From contig NC_087251.1 in the NCBI RefSeq assembly GCF_037042905.1, positions 38,566,001-38,630,000 on the forward strand: a DNA stretch of 64,000 bases. Reading direction: 5' to 3'. The translations under genes and the position numbers were made by a program. How positions within the stretch are numbered: the stretch's first letter is position 1; every line of letters begins with the position of its first letter. Below are positions 26,196-40,022 of this stretch, in pieces. This DNA comes from Lytechinus pictus. Taxonomy: Eukaryota. Below the pieces are notes generated by a model that saw only the letters and a list, made by a program, of their open reading frames with translations, was not told where the DNA came from and ran no database searches.

Positions 26196-26379
26196 CATAG
26201 GCGGCGGAAGCAGGGGAGGGGGGGTCCTGTCCCCCTAAATTTGAGGTGGGGGGCGGCCCCCCTAAATTTTTTGTTGATAACCTTTTTTTTTTTTTTCTTT
26301 TTTGCTTAATTTTTTTACCTGTGTCCATCCCAAAATTTCAGGTGGACCCCCCTAAATTTTGTGGCTTCCGTCGCCAATG
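26196..26379. mobile_element. hAT-like MITE
   Basis: cataggcggcggaagc/gcttccgtcgccaatg TIR; 8-bp flanks tctaaacc/tctaaaca. Confidence 0.75.
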
Positions 26380-29300
26380 TCTAAACATCAGGAGAGTGTT
26401 CCATCATGCAAAGAGTCTGTGATTTTCAACTAATATGTTCTGAGCCAATCAGATGCATGGGTTTCAGTAATTTAGAACAGTTGTTAGTGAAATCTACCAT
26501 TCGTTTCCTAAAATGCTCTCCTCGATTCCTTTCTGCAACTTTGTTATTTTGTACCATTATTATATGTATTTTGTTGGGTTATATCTTTGCCCATTTACTA
26601 CCAATTATTTATTAATGATTGCCAATATCTTGCTTGTAAATATTGTAAGTCTTACATGATTGAAAAGTTCTTTGATCTCCTGGATCAAAGGAAGTTCTTA
26701 TAAATTTTTAACATTCGCCAAAACATGGTGTAATCTCTGGAATATCATTCTATTACATTGTGAACGTTTTCAGTTCTTTTAATAGAAAACTTCTTCAGTT
26801 TGAATGTTACAAGTTAAATCCATTTCATGAACTTTACTTTAGACTTATCTATTTGTCTCAAAAGCTTGTCATCAACACTCCTATCGGTTTATATTCAATT
26901 GGTCTATATACAAAGTCAATGTCTCAAATAGACAAACACCACAAGGGCTATACCCATTTGGTCTACTGTCAATTTGGTCTAATAACCATCTGGTCTACAT
27001 TACACTTGTTCTAACACCCACTTCTCAATTAGTCTAATGCTCAGTTAATCTAATTTCCACTTAATCTAATCTACTTATCATTGTATGCGTAGTAAAATAC
27101 AATTTTGTTCATAACAGTTCATCTTACCAAATGGACTAAGTGATGTTAGACGAAGGGGAGATTGGACTGAATAGAATGAGCCCAACTGGGAGTTGGAAAG
27201 AGTGGTAAAGGAGCTAAATGCCAGTTAGACCAAATGGTGAGTAGACCAACTGGTTTGCCAATTGGCAAATTTATCCTTCACATGTCTCCTATATTCTATG
27301 AATTACTTGTAAACAAAAGTATACAATATTAATATTATTTGCCTTCCTTCCAAAATATAGCCCTCCCAAGGAATACAACAAACAAACAACAGTTGACATC
27401 ACAAAATCTAAATAAACTGACAAGAAAACGTCTTTTTTTAATTTTGAATTTATTCATATTTCGATGAAAAGAGAAAGTTTTTTGAAAATGTATGAACAGT
27501 AGAGGATTATAGATCTAACAAACAAACTTTGAATAAGACAATACTGAACCAGGTGTTTCAGAAAGAGTTAAGTGTAATTTAAAGGCATGCTTACAAGCAA
27601 ACACATGTTACATAATTTTATTGATGAGGAACATAAGCATTTAGTAGCACTTATATCTTTTTGAAACACCACCCAGATCTAAATCAACTATTAATTTAAA
27701 GGAAAAAAAGATATTCGAGTCAATGGTAAACAAAACCAATGCAGGTCAGATCATAAGAGAGATAAACTCTCAGGTTTTTTTTTTTCTCTCTCTCTCTTCT
27801 CCTGATTTCTTACCAACTGTGTATCATAACCCAAGAGTAAACAGAGGAGATTTACTGCAAGAATATCCCATTCTACTAACACGTTAATCAAAATAAATTA
27901 GATTTCACAAAAATATTGCAGACCATCACTTCTCAAGTCCATGTTGACGCCATCTGTTCTTTCAAATTATTAATAATAAACTAATTTGTTGTGTAATAAC
28001 ACACTTTACATATTCATGCCCATATTCTGAACTTTGACTTGCCTTGAAATGATATGAATCTGTCATTTAAATAGGCATCATAATTGACACTGAAACAATT
28101 GAAAACTGTCTTGAGAATGGCATGCATTCATCATGATAGCATTGAAAAAAATACAATGTAAGCAAACATTTTGCATTACTGGCTTTTCAAAATTTGAGCC
28201 CAGAATAAGGTTTCGGTCAACTCAAGTTCTGAATAGTTACTAGCTTACAGATTACAATCAATGTCTTTTTTTTCTTCCTTCTTTGATTCAATGTAAAAGT
28301 TATTTTAATTTGCTCAATATAATCACACTGATTGTGTGCCATAATGTTACTCCATAATTTCATGATCATGTACACAAAAATACATGTAAGTAAGTACTAC
28401 AAGGATACTTTTAATAACACAAAGTAACCCCTTTCTTCGTTCGTTGTTGAATTATTATCGCTTATTCCTTTCTTATGGAGAGGGGGTAGCATTCAACCGA
28501 CACAAAAAGTCTTCCAAATTCTTCATGCAGTCAACAAACTTTAGAATTCCATACATCCATGAAAAAAAAAACTATAGTAGACATATATAAACTTGAACAT
28601 GAGAAAATATGAAGAGCATCTCAGTTTTCTCTCTCATCTGTAACTACAACCATGCATCCATCTTCTCATAGAAGATATAAATTGTGAGAAAAACATTGTT
28701 TGTATAATCTAATTCTAGAGGGGAAAGGAAACGATACTACTACTACCACTACACAAAAATAATTAAGCATTGTGGCCTCAGTTAGAGATAGAGATTGAAA
28801 TACAGTATGTAAATCTATATGCACCAGTTGATATATACAAAGATAATTGCCTTGACATCTATCCTAATGCTACAGTTACACCAATTAAACTGACTCCAAA
28901 CTGACCAATGTTATGTCATTGGAAATAATGTAATAACTTTGGTTGATTGCATTGGCTACAATGAAAATCAAGCGTATGATTAATCGCTAACCTTTGTGTT
29001 ACGGGATCCTGGAATCAGTTTCGTTGGTGTAACTGTGTCATAAAAGAAAGACTACATACAATAAAGCAGGTCTCTAATTCTTCATAAATAACTAAGGTTT
29101 ATAGAAGAAACCTTACACAAGAAAGTTCCTTGAACTTGATAAATTTCACAGAAATACAACACAGCTGTAAATAAGAGAATAAAGGAATGTAAACAAATTG
29201 TGATAAAGAAAAAAAAAGAGGGGGGGGGTTCAAGCAAACCATGAGTTCTTAGCACATCAAAACATAGAACTAATTAATCTTTGAAACAACAGCATGTTCT

Positions 29301-30107
29301 TTTGTGACGGAGAAGTTTTCTAACTACAACAGCAGAAATAAAATTTGCCCCATTTTCTAAAAAAAAAAAAAAAAATGTGAACCATGATGCATTGCACATT
29401 GCACAAATTATACTTTTAAAATACTGTGATCTTTACATAATAATTGAGTCTGAATGATTTTGTGTGAGGACACCATTTACTCCATAACCAGAGCTGCCAA
29501 CCTTTGGAATTAGGAAGAGCAAATCCGTATCTATATCTCCAAAATTGTTATTTTCTCAATGAACCCTATTATTCTCTAACAGTCACTCTATTGTCATCCT
29601 CTGCCAAAACTCACTGGGAAGTTACTTACGAACTTCTGCCTTAGCACATATACATGAATATACAGAACTCCATCTCAAACTCAATCACTTTAAAGCACAT
29701 GTGAGCGCAGATTTCAGTGCTTGCGTAAATGTTTACATACAGCAATGTTACATGTTATCCTAAGAAGTTTCTCTTTTGTCCTTCATTTCTTTTCTTTTCA
29801 GCCCTGAATTCATACTTTTTAGATGACCTCTTGTATTTAAGTCACATATTCATAACAAATACTTTTTTTAAAAATTAGTTGGCAGCTCTGCCATTGTTAA
29901 ATGGCGATGTTTAATTCAAATTTTACTCAATAACATATGGCCATTAAAAGTATTAAATTTCATTATTAAATAATCTTATCAAATAAGATTACATGAATCA
30001 CAAAATTATTATTTTTAATCAGAAATGACCATTATTTGGTAATTTTGGCTAAACCCATACCCAACTTCAAGAAATTAGAATAAAGAAGGCACTATAGATG
30101 AAGAAAA

Positions 30108-30229
30108 CTATTCAATCAGCTTCTTAGATTTGAAGTAGCGCCTGAGATAAAAGACTTGCCATGTTGCTAAACTCATCAGACAAACCATCGAGAAAATACT
30201 GAAGTACAATACTCTGGAATTTGTAGATT
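30108..30229 (-). CDS. TMED10: TMED10 exon 5 (TM helix and dilysine tail)
   Basis: [40 protein letters not shown]; total CDS 627 nt, 208 aa. Confidence 0.96.
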
Positions 30230-30457
30230 CTGTGATACAAAAATAAAGTAATAAAGAATACATTATTCACACTAATACATAATGATGACTGAAATATTTA
30301 AACGCGGCAACACTACTAGTATATAAAATTGATAACTGTTTACAATAGAAAGCACCACTGGCATAGATTAGAGCAGCAAACATATTGTTCGGGGGGGGGG
30401 GGAGGTTGTGGATTCTGAAATACAAACAAATATCAAATAATATATTTCATACATTAA

Positions 30458-31046
30458 AGGACAAGTCTACCTCAGAAAATGTTGATTTAAATCAATAGAG
30501 AAAAATCAGACAAGCATAGTACTGAAAATTTCGTCAAAATTGGATGTAAAATAAGAAAGTTATGACATTTTAAAGTCTAGCTTATTTTTCACAAAATAGT
30601 TATATGCAAAATTTAGTCACATGCAAAAGAGCGAATCGATGATGTCCCTCACTCACTATTTCTTTTGTTTTTTGTTTGAATTGTACAATATTTCAATTTT
30701 TACAGATTTGACGTTAAGGACAAACTTGATTGAACCATAAAATGTTAAACAATGGTAATTCCACATGTTCATGGAGAAATACAACTTTGTTTCACAGGAC
30801 AATGAAGAGAAAATTAGGATATTTCATATAATAAAATACAAAAGAAATAGTGAGTGATGTCATCAGTTCCTTCATTTGCATACCGACCTGGATGTGCATA
30901 TAACTATTTTGTGAAATTAAGCGAAACTTAGAAATGTCATAACTTTCTTATTTTACAACCGATTTTGATTAAATTTTCAGTGTTATGCTCGTGGGATTTT
31001 TCCCTTTTTATTCAAATAAACTTTTGTGTTGGGGTGGACTTGTGCT
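30458..31046. mobile_element. TTAA-target non-autonomous DNA transposon (Kolobok-like)
   Basis: TTAA|aggacaagtctacc ... ggtggacttgtgct|TTAA with long imperfect inverted arms. Confidence 0.8.
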
Positions 31047-31287
31047 TTAATAAATAAAATGTAACTAAAATATTCCAAAGAAGTAATAACACTCATGATT
31101 ACTGTTTTACAGCATCACATAACACATTAGAGCAGCAAACTTATTAATTGAAAGGGAAGGGGGGGTGATCTATTGCCAGACAGATTGATGTACTGTCAGC
31201 ATACTTGACGTTCCATCAAAAATGGGTAATCACCTCTTGTAAAGCTATACATCATTATCTCTTCTTCCCCTTCCCTTCATGATTGAA

Positions 31288-32422
31288 ATTGGTAAATGCC
31301 ATAGCAAGAATGACATGTGAAGCAATTCCTAAATGATAGAGTTTAGTAAATGAAAGAAACTTGTTTTCTTCATCATTTGATCAATGAAAGTATGTTTTAT
31401 AATAAAATTGAAAGGGTTTGTAGCAGCTCAAACCAACAGGCATCAACGTGCATTGGTAAATGCCATAGCAAGAATGACATGTGAAGCAATTCCTAAATGA
31501 TAAAGAGTTTAGTAAATGAAAGAAACTTGTTTTCTTCATCATTTGATCAATGAAAGTATGTTTTATAATAAAATTGAAAGGGTTTGTAGCAGCTCAAACC
31601 AACAGGCATCAACGTGCATTGGTAAATGCCATAGCAAGAATGACATGTGAAGCAATTCCTAAATGATAAAGAGTTTAGTAAATGAAAGAAACTTGTTTTC
31701 TTCATCATTTGATCAATGAAAGTATGTTTTATAATAAAATTGAAAGGGTTTGTAGCAGCTCAAACCAACAGGCATCAACGTGCATTGGTAAATGCCATAG
31801 CAAGAATGACATGTGAAGCAATTCCTAAATGATAAAGAGTTTAGTAAATGAAAGAAACTTGTTTTCTTCATCATTTGATCAATGAAAGTATGTTTTATAA
31901 TAAAATTGAAAGGGTTTGTAGCAGCTCAAACCAACAGGCATCAACGTGCATTGGTAAATGCCATAGCAAGAATGACATGTGAAGCAATTCCTAAATGATA
32001 AAGAGTTTAGTAAATGAAAGAAACTTGTTTTCTTCATCATTTGATCAATGAAAGTATGTTTTATAATAAAATTGAAAGGGTTTGTAGCAGCTCAAACCAA
32101 CAGGCATCAACGTGCATTGGTAAATGCCATAGCAAGAATGACATGTGAAGCAATTCCTAAATGATAAAGAGTTTAGTAAATGAAAGAAACTTGTTTTCTT
32201 CATCATTTGATCAATGAAAGTATGTTTTATAATAAAATTGAAAGGGTTTGTAGCAGCTCAAACCAACAGGCATCAACGTGCATTGGTAAATGCCATAGCA
32301 AAAAAATCATATGAAGCAATTTCCTAAATGATAAAGAGTTCAGTAAATGAATGAAACTTGTTTTCTTTATCATTTGATCAATGAAAGTATTTTTTTATAA
32401 TAAAATTGAAAGGGTTTGTAGC
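31288..32422. repeat. 166-bp tandem repeat, ~6.8 copies, in TMED10 intron 4
   Basis: cattggtaaa anchor at 31451, 31617, 31783, 31949, 32115, 32281; internal copies look identical. Confidence 0.97.
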
Positions 32423-32632
32423 ACTTTAAATCATATATATAGCTGACAGGTATGTGTGATAACAATTCTGATGAGCATTTCAAAAAACAAATAATCAATG
32501 ATTTCTCTGACAACTGTTTATCATCTCATGAAATCCTTGTATCTGATTGGCTCAGAACAGATTAGTCAATGAAAATCACTGAGTGTTTGTTCCATGAAAT
32601 GTTCCCCAGATTGCCTCATACCAAGCACTTAC

Positions 32633-32759
32633 CATTTGTGTCTCTCATCTCTTCCTCTCTCTTCTTCATGTATCCAAAGTCATTGACGATAGCTTCTGAC
32701 AGATCTTCCAGCCTCCGTAGTTCAATCTCCATTGGTTTTAGCTTCTCAGACTTGGCTAG
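32633..32759 (-). CDS. TMED10: TMED10 exon 4
   Basis: [42 protein letters not shown]; cag/gtaagt. Confidence 0.96.
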
Positions 32760-33835
32760 CTGTAACATGGTTATAATATAGAGAAAATATAGTTATATAG
32801 TTACACAAATGGCACTGCCTAATTCAATATTGGAAAATTTTGATACTGATTTCCTTGAATATGGAAACAAATGGAATGAATGAAATTGACATGATATATA
32901 CAGAATGGCCCCGGAAAATCATAGGATTCATATCTGAATAAAGTTGTCTGTAAACTCTGTATCATGAATTATTATCACTATGATTACTACCAGCATGTAC
33001 AATCATATTTGATTTTTTTTTCAATTACTAACTATATGTATACTATCTTAGGGGGTGTTGCAAGAAAATATTTGCATTCCATTGCAAATTTCAGTAGTAA
33101 GTTTACAAGTGGTAGATCAAGTTCAACTTCAGCAAATCAATTCATGCTTGTTGATACAAGACCACGACCAATTGCAAATTTGCAATAAATTGCCCAACAT
33201 AAAATTGATTTGGTAAATTCCCCTAGCACTGGTGAATGGATTAATGAATGGGATGGTTTTTCCAGTCATATGAATATTTGCCCATTTTTGAAGGACTAAA
33301 TAACGATTTGACGATGCAATTTTCAAAAAAGGGTTTAACAATGTATCACAGATACAATCAGGACCAGACAGTTCTGTTTTTTTTTTAAAGTTGAATCAAT
33401 GTTATCAATCCCTTTGGGTGATTCCATGCTAGAAAAATCAGCCATTTTCACATTTTCCAGCCTCCTGTCCAAACAAACGAAGAACTTCAATTTGCTTTGT
33501 GGTAAAAGTACTACTGGGAAGACATGCAATAAAAATAAGTTGTCCATAGGTGAATTAGAGCTTAAAATGTTGCGTATCGTACAGGACATATCTGCGTCCC
33601 GTACGACACACAATATTTTCACCTATAATTTACCCACAATCAATTTTTTTGTGTTGGTTATTAGTTTTTCACATGACTACTCACTATAGCTTTATCATTG
33701 AAAAAATAGAATATTTTATTGCTCAAGTATTCTGCTAGGAAACTAGAAATTGTTGTCAAAATGTCCCGTACGACACGTATGGAATCGCCCCTTTAGTGAA
33801 TTTTTATTTTGATAAAATAAATTTTTGACACTTAC

Positions 33836-33906
33836 ATCTTCATAGCTCTTGGCTTCCACACCATGCTTGACTATGATAGTGACTTCCCTCTCTCCCGCAC
33901 GCATAC
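33836..33906 (-). CDS. TMED10: TMED10 exon 3
   Basis: GMRAGEREVTIIVKHGVEAKSYED; cag/gtaagt. Confidence 0.93.
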
Positions 33907-34366
33907 CTGTGAGAAAAAAATCACATAGAACATGATATCTTTAAAAGACCACCAGACGGCAGCAGCATAGAGTAGATATAAAAAATGCATTTGTCAAACA
34001 ATTACTTTTGTCAGCTCTTCTTTAAAGGAAATCATATTTCATCTTTCTTTTACATTCATCTATTTTTTTAGATTTTATCATTTATTCATTTACTACCACT
34101 TCCAGCATTACATCGGCTACTAGAGTAATAGGCACCCTACTACTACTACTACAACAACTACTACTACTAGTAGTAGTAGTAGTAGTTGTAGTAGAAGTAG
34201 TGCCTATACTATTACTACTGTTGCTACTTCTACTTCTTTAACTAGTTCTACTATTTTTACTACTGCTTCTACTCCTTTTCTTATTTCTTTTCTATTAAAA
34301 TTACTACTGCTACAACAATTTTTTTTGCTGTTACAAAACTTGCTCCTTCACTCTTGGTATACACAT

Positions 34367-34671
34367 GGCCCGTATTCTGAAGTGAGGTTTAACTTAAACT
34401 TGTCACTTGTGGTTTAAGTATGGGAAGCCAAAAGTATCAAAATTCTTAAGAAGTTGTATGTTTCTTATGTTTACTGTGCTCTTTCCTGATTCATCGATTG
34501 TGAAGACAATCATCTATTTATACTTCCTAGACAATTATGAATGATATGAGAGCCAAATGAGCTGAAATATGATATCTCTACCATTAGTGGTTTATGTAAC
34601 AATTGGCTATCCATGCTTAAACCACAACTTTAAACCAGGGTTTAATTCAAACCTGAGTTCAGAATACCGCC
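34367..34671. mobile_element. ~305-bp MITE (ggcccgtattctgaagt family); other copies 46580-46888 and 47299-47608
   Basis: long TIRs; copy at 46580 flanked by aag/aag. Confidence 0.85.
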
Positions 34672-34688
34672 ATGTAGTTTAAGCTTAC

Positions 34689-34809
34689 CTGCAGGTACTT
34701 TTGTAATGAAACAAATTTCATAAGTGTCATAATCATCTGTAGTGAATGCAAATTTTCCTTCTGTTGCTTCTTCTCTTGTGTACAATGTATGACCCTTAGA
34801 GTCTGTCAC
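34689..34809 (-). CDS. TMED10: TMED10 exon 2
   Basis: [34 protein letters not shown]; cag/gtaagc. Confidence 0.95.
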
Positions 34810-36599
34810 CTGTTAATAAGCAAGGAAAGTGTGGTTAACACATGATCAATAAGAATTTATTCAAACATCAAATATATTCCTCATCTAGAGTAAAGAATGG
34901 AGGAGAATTTTTCAAACATTTTGGTGATTGGAAACTGTCTAATACTTTTCTTATTGTTGCTTGATTAATACTTTTCATAATCATTTTTAAAGTACTGAAA
35001 TCTGAAGAAAAAAAAAGATTTCCAACAAGAATATTACATTGAATAAAAAAAAAGTGGTTGATGGAATCAAAAGCGTGTTGTCTAAGTTAAAACAGAATTT
35101 CAACAATCACAGCTGCTGTCAATCTAGAAAAAAAAAGTCAAATGCAACTCCCAACATTTCATATGACCCTGATATGTCATGCAGGTATAAATGGCCAGTG
35201 TAACTTCTGAATATTGATTGTAAATAATTATTATTTGTATAATAACTATTTAAATCAATATTCAAATTTTATTATTAAATAAATAATTTTGATCTACGAA
35301 TTGTTCTTCAAAACGGCACTTCGTAACAAAGCTCATTGAAGCTACGTCATATCGAAGCGGTTCAAGGGTCAAGCCTATTGTATTTGTGGTATTTACGAAT
35401 GGATTGAGGGATCTACACGACATCATTCTGGTAACAAACCTCTCATTTTCCATATTTATACTAACACATTTTTTACCCCTTCATACGCATTAGGCGTGTG
35501 AAGGTTTCAACCTATATATAAATAAAATCAAGAGAAGCAGACTTCACCCACTCTAGGCGACACCCCAATACTTACCCGTGCTAATAAACTGGGACTCCAC
35601 TCACGCGCGTTTGGGCCTCCCTAGCTTAGAACTAAGCACTAATATCACCTTAAAAACTAAATCTACAAGGTATGTATAATCTATTTACAACTTTAATAAT
35701 GTTTAATCTGTACTCACCGGTTCTTTTGTTGCATTTTCACACCATTTCTCACAATTCTTCGTAAATATTTGCGGCAAATTTTGTCGCCATAGACAGCTTA
35801 GCATCCATCTTTATTGATAAATGGAGCACCCTTTACGATAGTTGTTAATGCCGCGGAGAAATCGTTAGGCATTTTGGCCTGTGTTCAAGGCGTTCTTTCT
35901 GTTTTATTTTTTATATTGAAGATTGTGCATTTGTTGAATAGCGCCGTCTACGTCAGGTATGAGATCGAGTGTATAAATACACTCTTCCAAAATAATTATG
36001 ATTCCGACCTGGCGCTGTTTAACTTCAATCTCTTTCACCTAAATTAGCGATGAATGCTAGCATTATAAAATATATATTATTAACGTCTGACGAAAAGAAT
36101 AACCAACCTATCAGCTGACGAGAACGCGAATCACGTGATCTTCATATCAGCTTTCGATCGCGAGTCAGAAGAGAAGAGCAGCTGCCCAGAAAATCAGGAA
36201 AAAGCCGTGAAAATGTAAGTTCCCCTTCATTTCTTTCATTTTTTGTTGTTGCTAACGATGCATTTACACTATAAAATTATAATTTAAATAAGAGAAAGGA
36301 ATATAGCTTGTACTTGTGATATAATGTATAAATATCCTGTTCTCAGAGATTTCTAACCAAAAATACTACTGATGTCGCCTATGAGGTCCATACATGTAAT
36401 GTTGGACCTCATTGGTACTAGGAGTGACTTCACCCTCTAAATATGGATTTCCTACAGAAATCCATCCGTGTTTACAAGTCTCGCTCAAGCATGCATGGGG
36501 GCCATTTCAAGGCTCCGTGATGTAAAAGTATATGGAAAAATATTTCAAAATATCATCACGGAGTCCTCAAGCCAGGCTAAGTCAAGGCTATGTTTGTCC

Positions 36600-37440
36600 T
36601 AGACAGCTGGCAGCCGTCTGTTTCGAGGAGTTTTTAAACATTTTTTTTTTTTTTTCTCCTCGTACACAGACGGCTCGCTAGCGTGCAGCCACCATTAGGG
36701 GACTTGCAATGCAAAACCCCCCCGTCAGGGCTCTTCAATTTTTGTCTTTAATAAATAAAAATTTTGAAAATTAACGCGACCAAAATGCAAATTAATATTC
36801 CCTCTTGGCATTAATTGCCAAAAAACGGAGAAAAATCAAGTTAAAAGGAACAAAAACAGTGACTTACCTCGGCTGTCGCGCAAATTCACTTCCCCGTTTT
36901 ATCCGATCTTAAGTACATAAACATATGGCCATTGAGTCCCTTGTACAGATCGCGCTAGAACTTCGGTCTCTGTATTTGGTGAGTGAAGCCAACGGAGTTC
37001 AGCTGAACAACCAACATAACAGAGACCGAAGCTTTTGGTCTATGTTTGTCCTAGACCAAAAGCTTCGGTCTCTGTTAAATTGGTTGTTCCGCTGAACTCC
37101 GTTGGCTCCACTCACCAAATACAGAGACCGAAGTTCTTACTCGATCTGTACAGGGACTCATTAATGTATTAAGTTCGGACAAACCAAGGAAGTGGGAGTT
37201 GTGCGACAGCCGAAGTAAATCACTGTTTTTGTCCTTTTATTTAATTTTATTTTTCCCTGTTTTGGTGCATTTCAGGCTAAAAACAGTTAAAATAATCTTT
37301 ATTCTGGTCAAGTTCTTATAATATATTTTAATGAAATAAAGACAAAAATCGATGAGCCCCGTTTGGGGATTTTGCATTGTTAAATTTAAATGTTATTGTT
37401 TAAAAAAAACTCCTCGAAACAGACGGCTGCCAGCTGTCTA
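36600..37440. mobile_element. Two related non-autonomous DNA elements in opposite orientation (36600-37042, 37052-37440)
   Basis: each TAGAC...GTCTA; tgtttgtcc at 36591, 37043 and 37445. Confidence 0.8.
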
Positions 37441-37695
37441 AATATGTTTGTCCGACTTGTTATTGTTCCATTCTCTATTCCTGCTTTTTTTATGGAAAAA
37501 GAGGCAAACATGGCAAAGACTATAATTTTGTTTTCAATATTAAACTGAAAATTTGAACCCGTTTTTCCTTATCTTAAGCTCACCTCGCTCGGCTACGCCG
37601 CCAAGACAGCAGCTGAGCTGCGCGCGGAGGTCTCAACTGTACCCGCCCCGTGAGTGCCCCGGTAGACTGATTACGGTACCGCTAATGATACTTGC

Positions 37696-37881
37696 CTGCA
37701 ATGTTGTCTTGTGTCCCGGTGCATCTGACAGTTTAAAATCCCCTGTTACAAGAACATCTTTATGTATTTCATCTTTGAGACATCTTCTTACATTAGCAGC
37801 TAGCATAAAAGAAATTGCGTGAGCTTGTATAGCCAAAAGGCTTAGGATTACAGGCAAGAAAGGAATATAATTGAGCTTCAT
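37696..37881 (-). CDS. TMED10: TMED10 (p24 delta/TMP21) exon 1: signal peptide and start of GOLD domain
   Basis: MKLNYIPFLPVILSLLAIQAHAISFML...RRCLKDEIHKDVLVTGDF...TTLQ, ending at CAG|gcaagt (GC donor). Confidence 0.92.
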
Positions 37882-39714
37882 CTTGAGACTTGGCTTCGGT
37901 TTTATGTGAGAACAGAGTATCGCGCAGATCGTCCGTTAAAAATTCCACTAGAAAAAAGTCGACCCTATTTTTTTTCAAAATAAAAGTTCCAGAAAGGTGA
38001 ACACATGCCACCTGGGATTTAAAGTTATGCAAAATTCCCCGATTGTTAACCTTTTAATCTTCCGGTATAAAATCTGAATTTAAAAATCCTTTGAGCTTGA
38101 AAAAATGATATTAAGGGATTAAAACTTAATAATTCGATCGGGTCCCTATCCTTATATAGGCTTATAGTACGCCTGGATTTATTTTAAATGTCTGAGGTAC
38201 CTACATGAGAAAACATAAAGGAAATTCAGGAAATTAGATGTTTGAATGTAGGCATAGAGATATTAGTATATATCTCTATGGCCTACACAATAGGCCTACT
38301 GAAGTCCCTAATAGGCTTACTGACCAACTTAGCCTATTTTTAAAATAAGAGCGAAAAGAAAGCAAATTAAGCGATTTAAAACAAATGATCGACACAACAA
38401 ACATAGTATTTTTGTTATAGTCTTAGATCACATGGTATTAACAAATTAAGCAAAAGGTGGAGGCAACTTCTGGAAATCTAATTGGTCATACTATAGACCC
38501 GGATACTACACTTAGTCTTACAGTATATACCTCTGTTTATGAAGAAGTAGGCCTATACCATAATTGCGTCATTGCCTTGAAGTTTGGGGCCCGGGTGTCG
38601 ATCCTGGGCATAGAGTCCCCCAATATTTTAGGTGGGGGATGGCCGCTTGCACGAGTTATCATCCCCGAATGACGGTCGAACATCATAGAAATTACATGTA
38701 TGATGAATCGATTATCATGATTATGACAAGTATGATAATTAGGATGGAGTATCAGATGACCATATTACTGATGATGGTATATATAGGCTATGACGTGAAT
38801 ATACGCTTGATGCTACATTATGCGGCTCGGATTTTTGTTGTTGTTTTTTGTGTGCCCTTATATTTTTCATCGAATTAATTAGTATGGCGGGGTTGAAGAT
38901 AGAGATTTGTTTATTTGTTTGATTTGATTCTATATATTAGAAATAGATGGAAGGGAAAAGGAAAAAAATCAGGATGAAATAGAATAACAAGTTCATGTTT
39001 ACGTTTTTATCCATGACAACCCCTCCCAGCAACATTTTCAAGCGTATAGGGATATAACCATGATGCATTGCCTAAAAAACCGAAAAGAGTCTTGCCCCTT
39101 TTTCATGCAGTTAAATTTTTCAAAAATTTCAGCTCGCGCTTCGCGCTCGCATTATTGATCTAGGCTTACAAACCCTTGCCTGCTGATGTACACAATGTGG
39201 GGGCTTAGGGACCACGGATCCCACCAAAAAGTTTCACGACCAAGAAAGAAGAAGGAAAAACAAATTGAAAGGAAATGAAAAGGGGGTGAAAATAGTATGA
39301 TGTCAAAGATCTACCACAAAATTAGATTTGTTGTATAAAAAAGGTCAAGATTTTTGTTCGTCTGCTCCTCACAGTTTTTCAAGATTTTTTATTGTTCTCT
39401 ACTGTCTAATTGCGCCTATTTTTTTTAAGCGGAATTGTTACGCCAAGTGCCCCCCAACTTTCTAATTTACTCCATTGGCTCTCTTTTATTAGATAAGCAG
39501 TTTTCAGCAGCTTCTTTTTGCCATTGATCTCCTATTCTGCTGTTGTATCACTCCCATGTGATCCTCCTTATCTAATTCGTCTTGTTTTATCCATATATGT
39601 TCGATTTTCTGTATTTGTATTTTGGTGTTTTCTTGTTTACTTTCCTTCTATAGTTAAACTTGCATAACTTTGTTTTTTGTTTTTTTCTGGTATCTTTGTC
39701 TGGTCGATTTTACT

Positions 39715-40022
39715 TTTCAACTTGATTTAATTAACTTTGTGTATTCTTATCATCATTCTGTTTTAGGTCCAGTTCAAATCTACTCGACTTTTTTCATTCT
39801 TTATATTTGATTTGTTTTGAATTTCCATTTTCTTTGTTTTACACCTTTTTTATTTTTTTTATTTTAGGTCTCATTCAGCTTGATTTAATTAACTTTGTGT
39901 ATTCTTATTATCATTCTGTTTTAGGTCCAGTTCAAATCTACTCGACTTTTCTCCTTCTTTATATTTTGATTTGTTATGAATATCCATTTTCTTTGTTTTA
40001 CACTTTTTTTATTCTAGGTCTC
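39715..40022 (+). repeat. ~155-bp tandem duplication in the PLE 5' leader
   Basis: cttgatttaattaactttgtgtattcttat...taggtctc x2. Confidence 0.85.

Noticed and set aside
31288..32422. Possible CRISPR array
   Set aside because: Units are identical end to end with no unique spacers; eukaryotic intron, no cas genes
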